From Candidatus Magasanikiibacteriota bacterium (GTDB taxonomy: Bacteria > Patescibacteriota > Patescibacteriia > Magasanikbacterales > UBA922): a stretch of DNA of 64,000 nt. Where the stretch lies: NCBI GenBank assembly GCA_018650645.1, contig JABIFP010000020.1, positions 82,529 to 146,528 on the forward strand, written 5' to 3'. Of the stretch, positions 44,410 through 53,749 are shown in pieces. A model generated the notes under the pieces. It was given only the letters and a program-made list of their open reading frames with translations, was not told where the DNA came from and made no database searches. Positions within the stretch are counted from its first letter, which is position 1. Each line of letters begins with the position of its first letter. A program made the position numbers and the translations under genes.

Positions 44410-46815
44410 TTACCTCACCACTGCCCCAAATTTCTTTTCAACTGCAGCAACCACATGCGCGTGTTCACCATCCACTTCTTCTCCGGTAAGCGTTTTATTA
44501 TCATCCCTATACGTTACTCTGTATGCCATGCTCTTTTTACCATCAGCAATATGTTCACCTTGGTATACATCAAAAAGTTGTACATCTGTAATCATTGGTG
44601 AAACTGCAGCAATTGCTTTACGTACATCAGTATCAGCTGTGATACTCTTAACTTCAAACGCTAAATCGCGTTGCACCACTGGAAATGCCGGTAATGGTGT
44701 ATACGCAATGCGTTCATTTACAAGCGGCGCAAGTCGACTCAAGTTCAACTGCACAACCGCAGTTCTATGTGGCACACCAATCGTATCCTGCACCACAGGG
44801 TGAATCTCTGCAATTGATCCCAAATACGTATCCCCTACTTTTACAAATGCGTGACGACCACCGTGCAAATATTCTGGTGATTCATCTGCTTTTTCAAAGG
44901 TAATGGCAAGTCCCAATCGATCTGCTACATTATGCAAAACACCAGAAAGTTCAAAGAACGGTGTTTCAACGCCTTTTTCTGCATATACCAAGCCTAAATA
45001 CTCGTCTTGCCCTGGTAGCATTTCTTTTTTATCTGGATGCGCAAGTGGCCCGTCCTCTTCCGGTCGGTATCCGCGCCCCGTTTCAAACAGTCTCACTGCA
45101 TCAAATCGATGAAGATTACTTTCTACATTCACCATCATGTTTGGAATCAGTCCACGCCGTACAAACGGTCGGTCTTTTGCCAAAGGATGCGCGAGTTCAA
45201 TATAATTTTCTGTAGTAATACCAAATTTTGCAAGCCACTCCGGAGAAACAAATGAGTAGTTATACACTTCTGTGTACCCAGCTTCATATGCTAAAAGTTC
45301 TTTTACACGCTTTTTCATGTCACGCAGTGGACTTGGCGGTGTTGGACTAATGGGAAACGCTGGGAATGTTGTCGGAATATTTTTATACCCGTAACTACGC
45401 GCAACTTCTTCTGTAATATCTTCCGGAATACCAATATCTCCAGTCGCTCTCCACGTTGGAATGGTCACATATAACGTATCCTCTTTTTGCTCTACCCCAA
45501 ATCCTAAACGTGTAAGCAGCTCGCTCATGTCTTTATCTGAAATATCTACTCCAATCCGAGAACGAATTCTGTCTGCAGAAATTTCAAGCGGCCCTAAATC
45601 TTGCTCAAAAGAATGAATATCTGTGAGATTACTCACCACTTTTGCGTTAGGACATAGTTCAAGTGTCAATTCAACCGCTCGCTTCATGGCAAGTTCTGGA
45701 AGATTCGGATCAAGTCCTTTTTCAAATCGAGTTGATGCGTCAGTTCTTACCCCTAACGCAGTAGAGGTTCTTCGGACACTAAGCGCCTCAAAATTAGCCG
45801 CCTCGTACATGATACTGGTGCTTTGATCTGTTACCCCACTATCGTCTCCTCCTTTTACACCCGCAACAGCAATCGCCCGTTTCTTTTCTGTAATAAGCAG
45901 CATACTTGGTTCTAGTTCATATTCTTCCCCACCAAGTAAGACAATCTTTTCTCCTTTTTTTGCTTTTCTTACCACAACAGATGCCACATCAATAGTATCA
46001 GCATCAAACGCATGCATTGGCTGACCCAATTCAAACATCACATAGCTAGTAATGTCTACAATATTATTAATTGGACGAACCCCCACAGCAAGCAATCGTT
46101 TTTGCATCCATGTTGGAGAAGGCTCAACAGTAATACCAGAAAGCTGCACGCCCATATATCGCGGACACAGTTTCTGATCCTTCACTTTTACTTTTACCGC
46201 AGCTTCTGTTCCTTCTACAACCTCTGCCGGTGCATACGCTTTTAGTTCTGTTTTGTACATGGCAGCAAATTCACGAGCCATGCCGTAATGTCCCCACAAA
46301 TCAGGACGGTTTGTCATTGATTTGTTATCTATATCAAAAATTGTATCGTCTAATTTGAGCGCCTTGATTATTTTTGTTCCGTTTTTCACTTTGGCATCAA
46401 ACATTTGAATGCTCAATCCTTCATCTACCAAGCCTAATTCCTGATCTAAACAAAGCATCCCTTCTGATGTTTCACCACGCATTTTTGATTTGTTGATAGC
46501 AAATCCTCCAGGAAGCACAGTTGGTGCTAAAGCAACCGGTACTTTTGCCCCAACATGCATTTCAAGCTTGTTTCCAAATACAATCTGACGAGGAGATTTT
46601 TCCCCTACCTCAACCTGCGCAATATTTAGCTTCTCTGCATTTTCATGTTTTTCAATCGATAAAATTTCTCCAACAACAACTCCATCAAGAAATGCTGTTT
46701 GCTCAACAACTTCTTCAACTTCAACAGTTTGCACAGTAAGTTCCTCTAACATTTCTTCTCCTGATTTTTTTGGAAGAGTAACAAAGTCCTCAATCCATTG
46801 TTTTGAAATTCTCAT
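44410..46815 (-). CDS. pheT: Phenylalanine--tRNA ligase beta subunit
   Basis: 801 aa; N-terminal tRNA-binding region, B3/B4 and B5 domains; immediately downstream of pheS. Confidence 0.9.
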   Translation of the reverse strand: MRISKQWIEDFVTLPKKSGEEMLEELTVQTVEVEEVVEQTAFLDGVVVGEILSIEKHENAEKLNIAQVEVGEKSPRQIVFGNKLEMHVGAKVPVALAPTVLPGGFAINKSKMRGETSEGMLCLDQELGLVDEGLSIQMFDAKVKNGTKIIKALKLDDTIFDIDNKSMTNRPDLWGHYGMAREFAAMYKTELKAYAPAEVVEGTEAAVKVKVKDQKLCPRYMGVQLSGITVEPSPTWMQKRLLAVGVRPINNIVDITSYVMFELGQPMHAFDADTIDVASVVVRKAKKGEKIVLLGGEEYELEPSMLLITEKKRAIAVAGVKGGDDSGVTDQSTSIMYEAANFEALSVRRTSTALGVRTDASTRFEKGLDPNLPELAMKRAVELTLELCPNAKVVSNLTDIHSFEQDLGPLEISADRIRSRIGVDISDKDMSELLTRLGFGVEQKEDTLYVTIPTWRATGDIGIPEDITEEVARSYGYKNIPTTFPAFPISPTPPSPLRDMKKRVKELLAYEAGYTEVYNYSFVSPEWLAKFGITTENYIELAHPLAKDRPFVRRGLIPNMMVNVESNLHRFDAVRLFETGRGYRPEEDGPLAHPDKKEMLPGQDEYLGLVYAEKGVETPFFELSGVLHNVADRLGLAITFEKADESPEYLHGGRHAFVKVGDTYLGSIAEIHPVVQDTIGVPHRTAVVQLNLSRLAPLVNERIAYTPLPAFPVVQRDLAFEVKSITADTDVRKAIAAVSPMITDVQLFDVYQGEHIADGKKSMAYRVTYRDDNKTLTGEEVDGEHAHVVAAVEKKFGAVVR

Positions 46816-46818
46816 AGG

Positions 46819-47844
46819 CTAAAATTGTGTCAAAAATCTCAAATCCCCACCGTGTATGTGACGAATGTCTTCAATACCATATTTTGACATAGCGATTCTG
46901 TCTATGCCGTAATCAAATGCATAGCCATTATACTCTTCCGGATCAATTCCACCTTCTCTTAATACATTCGGATGAATCATTCCACATCCAACAATTTCCA
47001 TCCATTTTGTTTTGATCTTATCTCCGGCTTTATAGGTTATTTGCATGTCAATTTCGAATCCAGGTTCCACAAAAGGAAAATGCCCGGGTCGAATGCGCAA
47101 CTTTACATCTTTTTTATACAGCCCCTTAAACATGGCCATAATGGTTCCAATCAAATCGCCAACTGAAAGATCTTTATCAATAACCAGTGCATCAAACTGA
47201 TAAAACGTATGCCCATGTGTAGCATCAATCGTTTCATTTCTAAAGACACGCCCAGGATGCGCTGCTCGAAGTGGTGCCCCATATTTTCTCATGAGCCGCA
47301 CCTGCATGTTTGAAATATGCGCACGCATGAGTTGATTTGGTTTATCTTTTACATAAAAACTATCCATCGATTCTCTTGCCGGATGATCTTCAGGAAAATT
47401 GAGTGAACCAAAGTTATAATAATCACTTTCTAGTTCAGGCCCATCTTCAATCAAAAATCCCATGTTGCGAGCAATTTCTTCGAGTTCCCAGCGCGCTTGT
47501 GTAATTGGGTGAATATGCCCTTTTGCCGCCTGCCCTTTTTGCACCTGCTGCGATACATCAATCGCTTCCTCTGTGGCAAGATTAGCCAATCGCTCTTTAT
47601 CAAGCTCTTCACGCTTGCTACCAAGCATGTCTTGCAGCTCAGTCTTTACAATATTGGCAAGTTGCCCTACTTCTTTTTTTGCATCTCCAGACAAATCCTT
47701 CAGTCCTTTCATGACATCTGTGAGTTTTCCATTTTTTCTCGCAAAAAATCGCTGTTCAATTTCTTCTAGCATTAAAAAATCACGTACATCATCAATCGCC
47801 GATTCAAATTCTTTTTTTATTTGTTCGATCTGATCTTTAATCAT
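46819..47844 (-). CDS. pheS: Phenylalanine--tRNA ligase alpha subunit
   Basis: Class-II catalytic core, ~341 aa, upstream of pheT. Confidence 0.9.
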   Translation of the reverse strand: MIKDQIEQIKKEFESAIDDVRDFLMLEEIEQRFFARKNGKLTDVMKGLKDLSGDAKKEVGQLANIVKTELQDMLGSKREELDKERLANLATEEAIDVSQQVQKGQAAKGHIHPITQARWELEEIARNMGFLIEDGPELESDYYNFGSLNFPEDHPARESMDSFYVKDKPNQLMRAHISNMQVRLMRKYGAPLRAAHPGRVFRNETIDATHGHTFYQFDALVIDKDLSVGDLIGTIMAMFKGLYKKDVKLRIRPGHFPFVEPGFEIDMQITYKAGDKIKTKWMEIVGCGMIHPNVLREGGIDPEEYNGYAFDYGIDRIAMSKYGIEDIRHIHGGDLRFLTQF

Positions 47845-47853
47845 ATGCAGAAA

Positions 47854-48324
47854 TTATTCATCTAAATTTCTTTTTGAGTCTAATGTTGTGGTTTGATCCA
47901 AACTTGCCTTCACTCCTGACATATGCACACTTTTATTGTATTGCGTTTCTATCTGTTTCAAAAAGGCTGTTGCAAATGGCGGTAATCCCGCTTCTATTGC
48001 GAAGGCTGAATCAATAATTCTTTTTGCTGCAGTAAACAGCTCTGTATTTTCATGGGATATTTTCTCTTTCCCTGGTGTAAGAAATCGTTCTTGTTCAAAA
48101 AGCTTTGCAATTTCTGTTAACTGATTCTGCAATTTTGTTACAACATTTGCATTCATATCCTTGTTCTCTCTTTTCCAAACATTAAATGCATCCTCAACCA
48201 CAATTTTTATCCGTGCCACATCTTTGAATTGCAAAAGCTCTGCAGGCGAAATGTTCTCATCAGGTCTTTTAAATGTAAGTACATTTTCTGGTGTTGGTCT
48301 TTCCATACTAAAATAGTTTAGCAA
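47854..48324 (-). CDS. Hypothetical protein (156 aa)
   Basis: ORF with host composition, tightly packed between rseP and pheS. Confidence 0.4.
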   Translation of the reverse strand: MLNYFSMERPTPENVLTFKRPDENISPAELLQFKDVARIKIVVEDAFNVWKRENKDMNANVVTKLQNQLTEIAKLFEQERFLTPGKEKISHENTELFTAAKRIIDSAFAIEAGLPPFATAFLKQIETQYNKSVHMSGVKASLDQTTTLDSKRNLDE

Positions 48325-49477
48325 TATCTCTAAACGTCACTACAACAATGAGTATAAGCAGCAGCACAAATCCTACGGTATGCGCCTTTTGTTCATATTT
48401 CATTGGTACTTTTTTTCCGGTAATCCCTTCTATCCAGACAAATACTAATCGCCCACCGTCTAATGCTGGAATTGGTAAAATATTTAATGCCGCAAGACTT
48501 AATGAAATCATTGCTGTCACATTAATTAAGTATACTACGCCAAGTTTTACACTCTCTCCAATAATCGATGCGATGCCTACTGGGCCAGATACTTCAAATG
48601 CAGCACCCTGCCCAAGTATTAATCCTTTTACTAAAATGTATAACGATATAAAAATTGCTAATAGACTTGACCATGCTGCCTGCATACCTTTTACAAGGGC
48701 TAAGTACCATGGATATTTGAGCACAGCTCCGTCTGCAAGTGCAACACCAAGTTTATATCCTTTCCCCTCAGTAAGTACTTCCGGTACAACATCTACAGTT
48801 ACTTCTTCTCCGGAACGTTGCAACGTTACACTCACCATGTCGCCTTCACTTTTTTCTATCAGCGCTTGCGCATGTGAAGCATTAATAACATGTTGCCCAG
48901 ACACCGCAATAATAGAATCAGCACCCTTAATCCCTGCTTTTTCTGCTGGGGAATCCGTGAGTACCTGCTGCACCATTGTTACAGGAGGCGAAACGACCGT
49001 TGCATCTTCTGGAATACCATTTGTTACATCCGTAGGGAGCCCAACAGAAAATCCTATACCGAGCAATACTGCTGCAAGTACAAAGTTCATGGTTACTCCT
49101 GCTACAAGCACAATCGATTTTTTCCACGTACTTTTATGTCCAAAACTATCTTTTTGCGCAGCTTCTTCTCCGTTTTCTCCTTTAATTCTACAAAATCCAC
49201 CAAGCGGTAAAAGGTTCAAAGAGTAGAGTGTAGCTGGATATTCTTCTCCTGCTGCAGATACACCCGCTTCAATCGCATTTCGTTTTGCTTTTCTTGGAGA
49301 AACCCACACTAATTTTTTGGTAACAGGATCTTTATACACACCAATTGCAAGCGGTGGAAACCCGAGCGCAAACTCATGTACTTTCATTCCAGAGAGTCTG
49401 GCAGCTATAAAATGGCCAAACTCATGTACAAAAACAAGCAGGCCAAGGATGAGAATAAAGAGAAGTACAGTTGTCAT
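48308..49477 (-). CDS. rseP: RIP zinc metalloprotease RseP (site-2 protease, M50 with PDZ)
   Basis: HEFGHFIAARL HExxH in TM1, PDZ region, and the C-terminal LDGG motif (PALDGG). Confidence 0.85.
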   Translation of the reverse strand: MTTVLLFILILGLLVFVHEFGHFIAARLSGMKVHEFALGFPPLAIGVYKDPVTKKLVWVSPRKAKRNAIEAGVSAAGEEYPATLYSLNLLPLGGFCRIKGENGEEAAQKDSFGHKSTWKKSIVLVAGVTMNFVLAAVLLGIGFSVGLPTDVTNGIPEDATVVSPPVTMVQQVLTDSPAEKAGIKGADSIIAVSGQHVINASHAQALIEKSEGDMVSVTLQRSGEEVTVDVVPEVLTEGKGYKLGVALADGAVLKYPWYLALVKGMQAAWSSLLAIFISLYILVKGLILGQGAAFEVSGPVGIASIIGESVKLGVVYLINVTAMISLSLAALNILPIPALDGGRLVFVWIEGITGKKVPMKYEQKAHTVGFVLLLILIVVVTFRDIAKLF

Positions 49478-49516
49478 ATTTCTTGCAGTTTATGCGATCA
49501 TTGTGCCATAGAGAGC

Positions 49517-49546
49517 AAAAAAAAACAACCGCTATGCGGTGTTTTT
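49517..49546 (-). terminator. Bidirectional intrinsic terminator (A9, ACCGC-TAT-GCGGT, T5) ending the CheY-like module transcript
   Basis: Hairpin flanked by AAAAAAAAA and TTTTT; downstream (minus strand) of the G+C-rich module. Confidence 0.5.
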
Positions 49547-49562
49547 GAAGTGATTAAGTAGA

Positions 49563-49574
49563 ATCCCCCGACGG
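49563..49574. repeat. Left arm of a 12-bp perfect inverted repeat, ATCCCCCGACGG; its partner CCGTCGGGGGAT is at 50124..50135
   Basis: Exact reverse-complement 12-mers that bracket the G+C-rich CheY-like module. Confidence 0.6.
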
Positions 49575-49708
49575 ATTCCACCCGCAATGCACCTGGCAAC
49601 TACCTTGCCTTCACAAGCCCTAGGGTCTCCAGCCCCAAAGCTCAGCGCAGCAGCTGCTGTGTATCGTGTTGCTCGTGTTGTCGTTGTCGCCGAAGCGACG
49701 TCGTAGCG

Positions 49709-50086
49709 TTAGTTCGCCAGCCGAAGGCTAGCGATCCGCAGCATAGTACCAGCAGTCGTGTAGAGCTCCCCAAGGCGCAACTTCGAAAAGTCGACCCCAG
49801 GACGCATCGAACCACTCATAACGAGGACCGGAACAGACGAGAACCTCTCGGTAATAGCCTGTTTAAGCCAGAACCCGTTATGACGGTGCTGCATGTCGAC
49901 GTCCGTAATGACTAGATCGACACGCGTGGTCTCCATCAGCTCGAGAGCCTCTGGAGGGTTATTGGCGAAGACGATGTCAACGTCCATCACGTGCACCCTG
50001 GCCATGTAGCGCAACAAGTTGCGCCGGACCAAGATCTGGATGTTCGTTTCGTCGTCGACGACCAAAACAGTGGGCTTGTTACCCAT
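49709..50086 (-). CDS. Compositionally foreign (high-G+C) single-domain response regulator (CheY-like receiver, 125 aa)
   Basis: LVVDDE acidic pocket, the LVITDVDM phospho-acceptor Asp, and the VLVMSGS Thr/Ser position. SD AGGAG 5 nt before the ATG at 50086. The supplied ORF, extended to 50152, is not supported by the SD. Confidence 0.65.
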   Translation of the reverse strand: MGNKPTVLVVDDETNIQILVRRNLLRYMARVHVMDVDIVFANNPPEALELMETTRVDLVITDVDMQHRHNGFWLKQAITERFSSVPVLVMSGSMRPGVDFSKLRLGELYTTAGTMLRIASLRLAN

Positions 50087-50123
50087 GGTTGCTCCTCTCG
50101 TTGAGGTGCACCACGGGCTTTCA

Positions 50124-50135
50124 CCGTCGGGGGAT
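50124..50135. repeat. Right arm of the 12-bp inverted repeat, CCGTCGGGGGAT
   Basis: See 49563..49574. Confidence 0.6.
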
Positions 50136-50151
50136 AGCCCCAAGTAAACCA

Positions 50152-50415
50152 TTATTTTGACGTTTTGTCAATCCCTAAGCGCGTAATAAGTTGTTGTTTT
50201 TGTTCTTTTGAAAATTGTTTAATCTGCCACTCACGCTTAAGCGCCGCAGATCTATCCGTACATTTCTCACTATACACAAGTGTTATGGGGAGCCGCGCAC
50301 GCACATATTTGGCTCCTTTGCCTGATCTGTGCACCGCTAGCCGTGATTCTAGATCTTTTGCTATTCCTGTATATAAGCTACCGTCTGTGCATGACAAAAT
50401 ATAAACTGTGTACAT
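50152..50415 (-). CDS. GIY-YIG nuclease-family small protein (YhbQ/UPF0213-like)
   Basis: YTVYILSCTDGSLYTGIAKDLESRLAVH GIY-YIG motif; 87 aa; host-like composition. Confidence 0.75.
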   Translation of the reverse strand: MYTVYILSCTDGSLYTGIAKDLESRLAVHRSGKGAKYVRARLPITLVYSEKCTDRSAALKREWQIKQFSKEQKQQLITRLGIDKTSK

Positions 50416-50421
50416 ATTTGA

Positions 50422-50457
50422 TAAAAAAAATTGGCCGGCAGCTGGAGACTGACGGCC
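50422..50457 (-). terminator. Intrinsic terminator (GGCCG-16-nt loop-CGGCC followed by T9) ending the 50573..50995 module, 6 nt upstream of the GIY-YIG start codon
   Basis: Stem GGCCG/CGGCC followed by AATTTTTTTTT on the minus strand. Confidence 0.5.
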
Positions 50458-50572
50458 TAATTCGCTCCCGAAGGAGCATCTGGGTCTTTACGAGAGGAGC
50501 ACTCACGTTCTGACCACACTCTGACTATGCCCTATTTGCCCGGAGTTGTCAAGTGAATAACTCGATGCGCTC

Positions 50573-50995
50573 CTACTGGGAAAACCTGTTCGGCGGAGGC
50601 GCCTGGGGCCTTGCCTCTTGGAGCAGATGATCGCGGAGTGCGGTAGCGGCGGCTTGCGCAGCACCGTCGATGCTCGCGGCGTCGAGCGGCCCGAGAGCTT
50701 CGGCAGCATTCTGCGCTACAAATACGCGATACGCGCCAGTGAGCGCCTCGATCTGCTCGCCGTTGAGCGGGAACTGCGCAGCGTCAAGCTCAACCTCTCT
50801 GAGCGCTTGCGTATATATATATGTTAGGAAATCCCCAACATTCCCCTCCTGCGCTGACGCCAGCTTGATCTCAGCCGAAAAGGCCTTGACCAACTCACCC
50901 TCGCAAGTGAGAACACTCCCAATTCGTTCCTCGCTGCGCTCTTCTTCAATATTACGAGCGGCCCAGACTTCTGGTACCATGTTTTCCATACCCAT
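50573..50995 (-). CDS. Compositionally foreign (high-G+C) acidic hypothetical protein (140 aa, Ala/Glu-rich, Pro-rich C-terminus)
   Basis: G+C-rich codon usage. AGGGG SD 6 nt before the ATG. A structured ~120-nt 3'UTR with a GCTCC-UUCG-GGAGC hairpin. Confidence 0.55.
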   Translation of the reverse strand: MGMENMVPEVWAARNIEEERSEERIGSVLTCEGELVKAFSAEIKLASAQEGNVGDFLTYIYTQALREVELDAAQFPLNGEQIEALTGAYRVFVAQNAAEALGPLDAASIDGAAQAAATALRDHLLQEARPQAPPPNRFSQ

Positions 50996-51085
50996 CGATT
51001 TCCCCTTTACAAATTAGCGATTCCTGCCGTATACTACTCGCGTAGTTCACAGCTAGGTGGACGAAGACATTATAACATAGACTTT

Positions 51086-51649
51086 ATGAACCCACTATAT
51101 ATCATTTTAGCAGTTGTGGCGGTACTCCTCTTTTGGGTTATTGCCCTTTACAACGGCTTGGTAAAAATGAACAACCGAACAAAAGAAGCCTGGAGTGATA
51201 TTGACGTACAACTCAAACGTCGTCATGACCTTATCCCAAACCTTATTGCAAGTGTAAAGGGATACATGAAACACGAAAAAGAACTCCTTGAAAATATTAC
51301 AAAAGCACGTTCTCAGGCAATGAGTGCGCAAGAATCAGGAGATACAGCGGCACTTGCGTCAGCTGAAGGGATGCTTGGAGGAATGCTTGGAAAATTGCAA
51401 ATTGCAGTTGAAGCGTATCCTGACCTCAAGGCAAACCAAAACGTTGCGCAACTCATGGACGAACTTTCTGACACTGAAAATAAAATTCAGGCGTCAAGAA
51501 GATTCTACAACGGTATGGTTCGCGACTTCAACACAAAAATGGAATCATTCCCAAACAATGTATTTGCAGGAATGCTCAACTTCACAAAGTATGAATTCTT
51601 TGAAGTTGAAGATGCTGCTGAAAGAAAGAATGTAAAAGTAGAACTCTAA
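51086..51649 (+). CDS. lemA: LemA-family protein
   Basis: N-terminal TM plus NGLVKMNNRTKEAWSDIDVQLKRRHDLIPNL. Confidence 0.85.
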   Translation: MNPLYIILAVVAVLLFWVIALYNGLVKMNNRTKEAWSDIDVQLKRRHDLIPNLIASVKGYMKHEKELLENITKARSQAMSAQESGDTAALASAEGMLGGMLGKLQIAVEAYPDLKANQNVAQLMDELSDTENKIQASRRFYNGMVRDFNTKMESFPNNVFAGMLNFTKYEFFEVEDAAERKNVKVEL

Positions 51650-51673
51650 ATCGATTGTTATGAGAGCAGCCTT

Positions 51674-52225
51674 GTGCTGCTTTTGTATTTGTCGAATATA
51701 TATCTTTCCTCTATGGATATAACATTATTACAGCTAGACGCATTCCGAGCCAAAGGCATGCGTCCGCAAGCACTTTGCTGCATTGTAAAACATAAGCGAG
51801 TACTTTTTGTGTATGAAAGAGAATACGACCTGTGGCAGTTTCCACAAGGAGGTGTTGATAATGGTGAATCAGTGCAGCAAGCGGCAATGAGAGAAATGAA
51901 CGAAGAATTAGGTGAAGAATTTGCCGCGTCGCTTATCTATAAAGATATCATTGCAGAAAACACTATCAAATTTTTGAAAGAGAAGCATGGCGCCCGTCCA
52001 TTGCATACTGATGCAGGAAAGGCTATCATAATGAAAGGAAAGCATTACTTTTTTACCGTACTTGAAACAGATACTCGCGTTGCTGCAAGTGACACCCAAT
52101 TTGCAAAAGCCACCTGGCTCACGTATGAAGATGCAGTAAAACGAGCCACAACGCTGTATCAAAAAGGAAAAAAACGTGTCACGCTTGCAGCACTAGAAGC
52201 ACTTAAAGAACATAAGTACATCTAA
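51674..52225 (+). CDS. NUDIX hydrolase
   Basis: Nudix box QGGVDNGESVQQAAMREMNEELGEEF. The true start may be the internal ATG at codon 14 (MDITLLQ). Confidence 0.7.
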   Translation: MLLLYLSNIYLSSMDITLLQLDAFRAKGMRPQALCCIVKHKRVLFVYEREYDLWQFPQGGVDNGESVQQAAMREMNEELGEEFAASLIYKDIIAENTIKFLKEKHGARPLHTDAGKAIIMKGKHYFFTVLETDTRVAASDTQFAKATWLTYEDAVKRATTLYQKGKKRVTLAALEALKEHKYI

Positions 52226-52226
52226 T

Positions 52227-53096
52227 ATGTATAATCAAATCGATTCGAATAAGCGCAAAACCATTATTTTGATCACTATTTTCCTTGCGGTCATCATGAC
52301 TGTTGGATTTGTGTTTTCTGAAGTACTTGGCTATGGCCCAGGCGTACTTGTGATTGCACTTGTGTTTTCATTAGTGACATCAGTATTTAGCTATTACCAT
52401 TCAGATAAAATTGCGCTACGCTCTACGGGCGCAAAGCAAATTACCGGCACAGACAATCCATATGTATACCGCATGGTAGAGAATCTCTGTATTACTGCAG
52501 GTATGCCAATGCCCAAAGTACATATTATTGACTCCCCTGCTTTGAATGCATTTGCAACTGGACGAGATCCGGAACATGCATCAATAGCGCTCACATCTGG
52601 AATTGTTGCCGCATTAGAAAATGAAGAACTGGAGGGAGTAATTGCACATGAATTAAGTCATATTAAAAATTATGACATCCGCGTTATGACCATTGTGGTG
52701 GTACTTGTTGGAATGGTTGCCATTTTGGGAGATTTATTTTTCCGCGGACATTTGTTTGGTGGAAAATCTGACAGCAAAGGAAGTGGCCCACTTATGATTT
52801 TTGCCATTGTGCTCGTTGTTCTTTCTCCTATTATTGCTGAGCTGATTAAACTCGCAGTGTCTAGAAAAAGAGAATACTTAGCCGACGCATCAGGTTCACT
52901 AATGACAAGATATCCTGAAGGATTAGCTAGAGCACTTGAAAAAATTTCTGCTGATCCTGCAAAATTGAAAAAAGTAAGTTCTGCTACAGCACATTTATTT
53001 ATTGCAAATCCATTTGGTAAATCAAAACTGAAAAGCATGTTTAGTACGCATCCACCGATTCAGGATAGGATAGCGAAGCTTAGGAACATGGCGTAA
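52227..53096 (+). CDS. htpX: Protease HtpX (M48 zinc metalloprotease)
   Basis: HELSHIKNYD HExxH; 4 TM segments; classic lemA-htpX pairing. Confidence 0.85.
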   Translation: MYNQIDSNKRKTIILITIFLAVIMTVGFVFSEVLGYGPGVLVIALVFSLVTSVFSYYHSDKIALRSTGAKQITGTDNPYVYRMVENLCITAGMPMPKVHIIDSPALNAFATGRDPEHASIALTSGIVAALENEELEGVIAHELSHIKNYDIRVMTIVVVLVGMVAILGDLFFRGHLFGGKSDSKGSGPLMIFAIVLVVLSPIIAELIKLAVSRKREYLADASGSLMTRYPEGLARALEKISADPAKLKKVSSATAHLFIANPFGKSKLKSMFSTHPPIQDRIAKLRNMA

Positions 53097-53133
53097 ATAA
53101 AAAAAACAGCCCTCATTGAGTGCTGTTTTTTTA
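53097..53133. terminator. Bidirectional terminator between htpX and the convergent 53131..53607 gene
   Basis: A8, AACAGC-loop-GCTGTT, T7. Confidence 0.5.
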
Positions 53134-53607
53134 TTCCGGGTGATGCTGCGTTACTTTTTTTTCAACTCGTTCTACCCTACTCCCCATCATGACAATTTCC
53201 TGCTCATTTGTCACTGACTTTTGCATGTAGCCCTCTATGAGGTCTATGACATTGCGGATGTCGTCTTTTGTGGCCATAGATTCCTTTAACTCATCCACCT
53301 TATCTTTCGTATGAACTAATCCAATACTCAACTTGTGGAGCTGAAGTTCATGTTTATCTATTTCCGCTTTGTACGTAGTCATTTCCATCATAAACGATCT
53401 TAACAGCTCGTGATGCTCCTCTGAAAAAAAATCAATGTCTCCATATTTTTTGTAAAAAGAAAGCCACATCTGTGAGTACTCTGAAAATTTCTTTGGATCC
53501 TTGCACAATTGATGATAAAAAATCTCAAATCTAGGATGAAAACTGCTTAGTTTTTCACACAATCGATGAATATCCTTCTCAAATGTCTTTTGAGATCCAT
53601 TTTTCAT
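53131..53607 (-). CDS. Hypothetical coiled-coil protein (158 aa)
   Basis: Heptad-rich sequence; no motif. Confidence 0.4.
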   Translation of the reverse strand: MKNGSQKTFEKDIHRLCEKLSSFHPRFEIFYHQLCKDPKKFSEYSQMWLSFYKKYGDIDFFSEEHHELLRSFMMEMTTYKAEIDKHELQLHKLSIGLVHTKDKVDELKESMATKDDIRNVIDLIEGYMQKSVTNEQEIVMMGSRVERVEKKVTQHHPE

Positions 53608-53749
53608 ATGAATATTAATGATGCCTTCATTGATTACGACCCTATTATAACACCCACATTCTTCCCGTCAAAAAGGCTCCCAAAAACACCCCGTTTTTAA
53701 ACAAATCGGTTAATATGATATGATAGCGAAGCCTTGCGGAGGCAGAGAT

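Noticed and set aside
48348-49226. 292-aa plus-strand ORF antisense to rseP
   Set aside because: Shadow ORF opposite a well-supported M50 protease gene; low-complexity S/T/P-rich.
51046-51076. TTCACA-19 nt-TATAAC as the lemA promoter
   Set aside because: The 19-nt spacer is longer than optimal. It is plausible but not strong enough to list as a feature.
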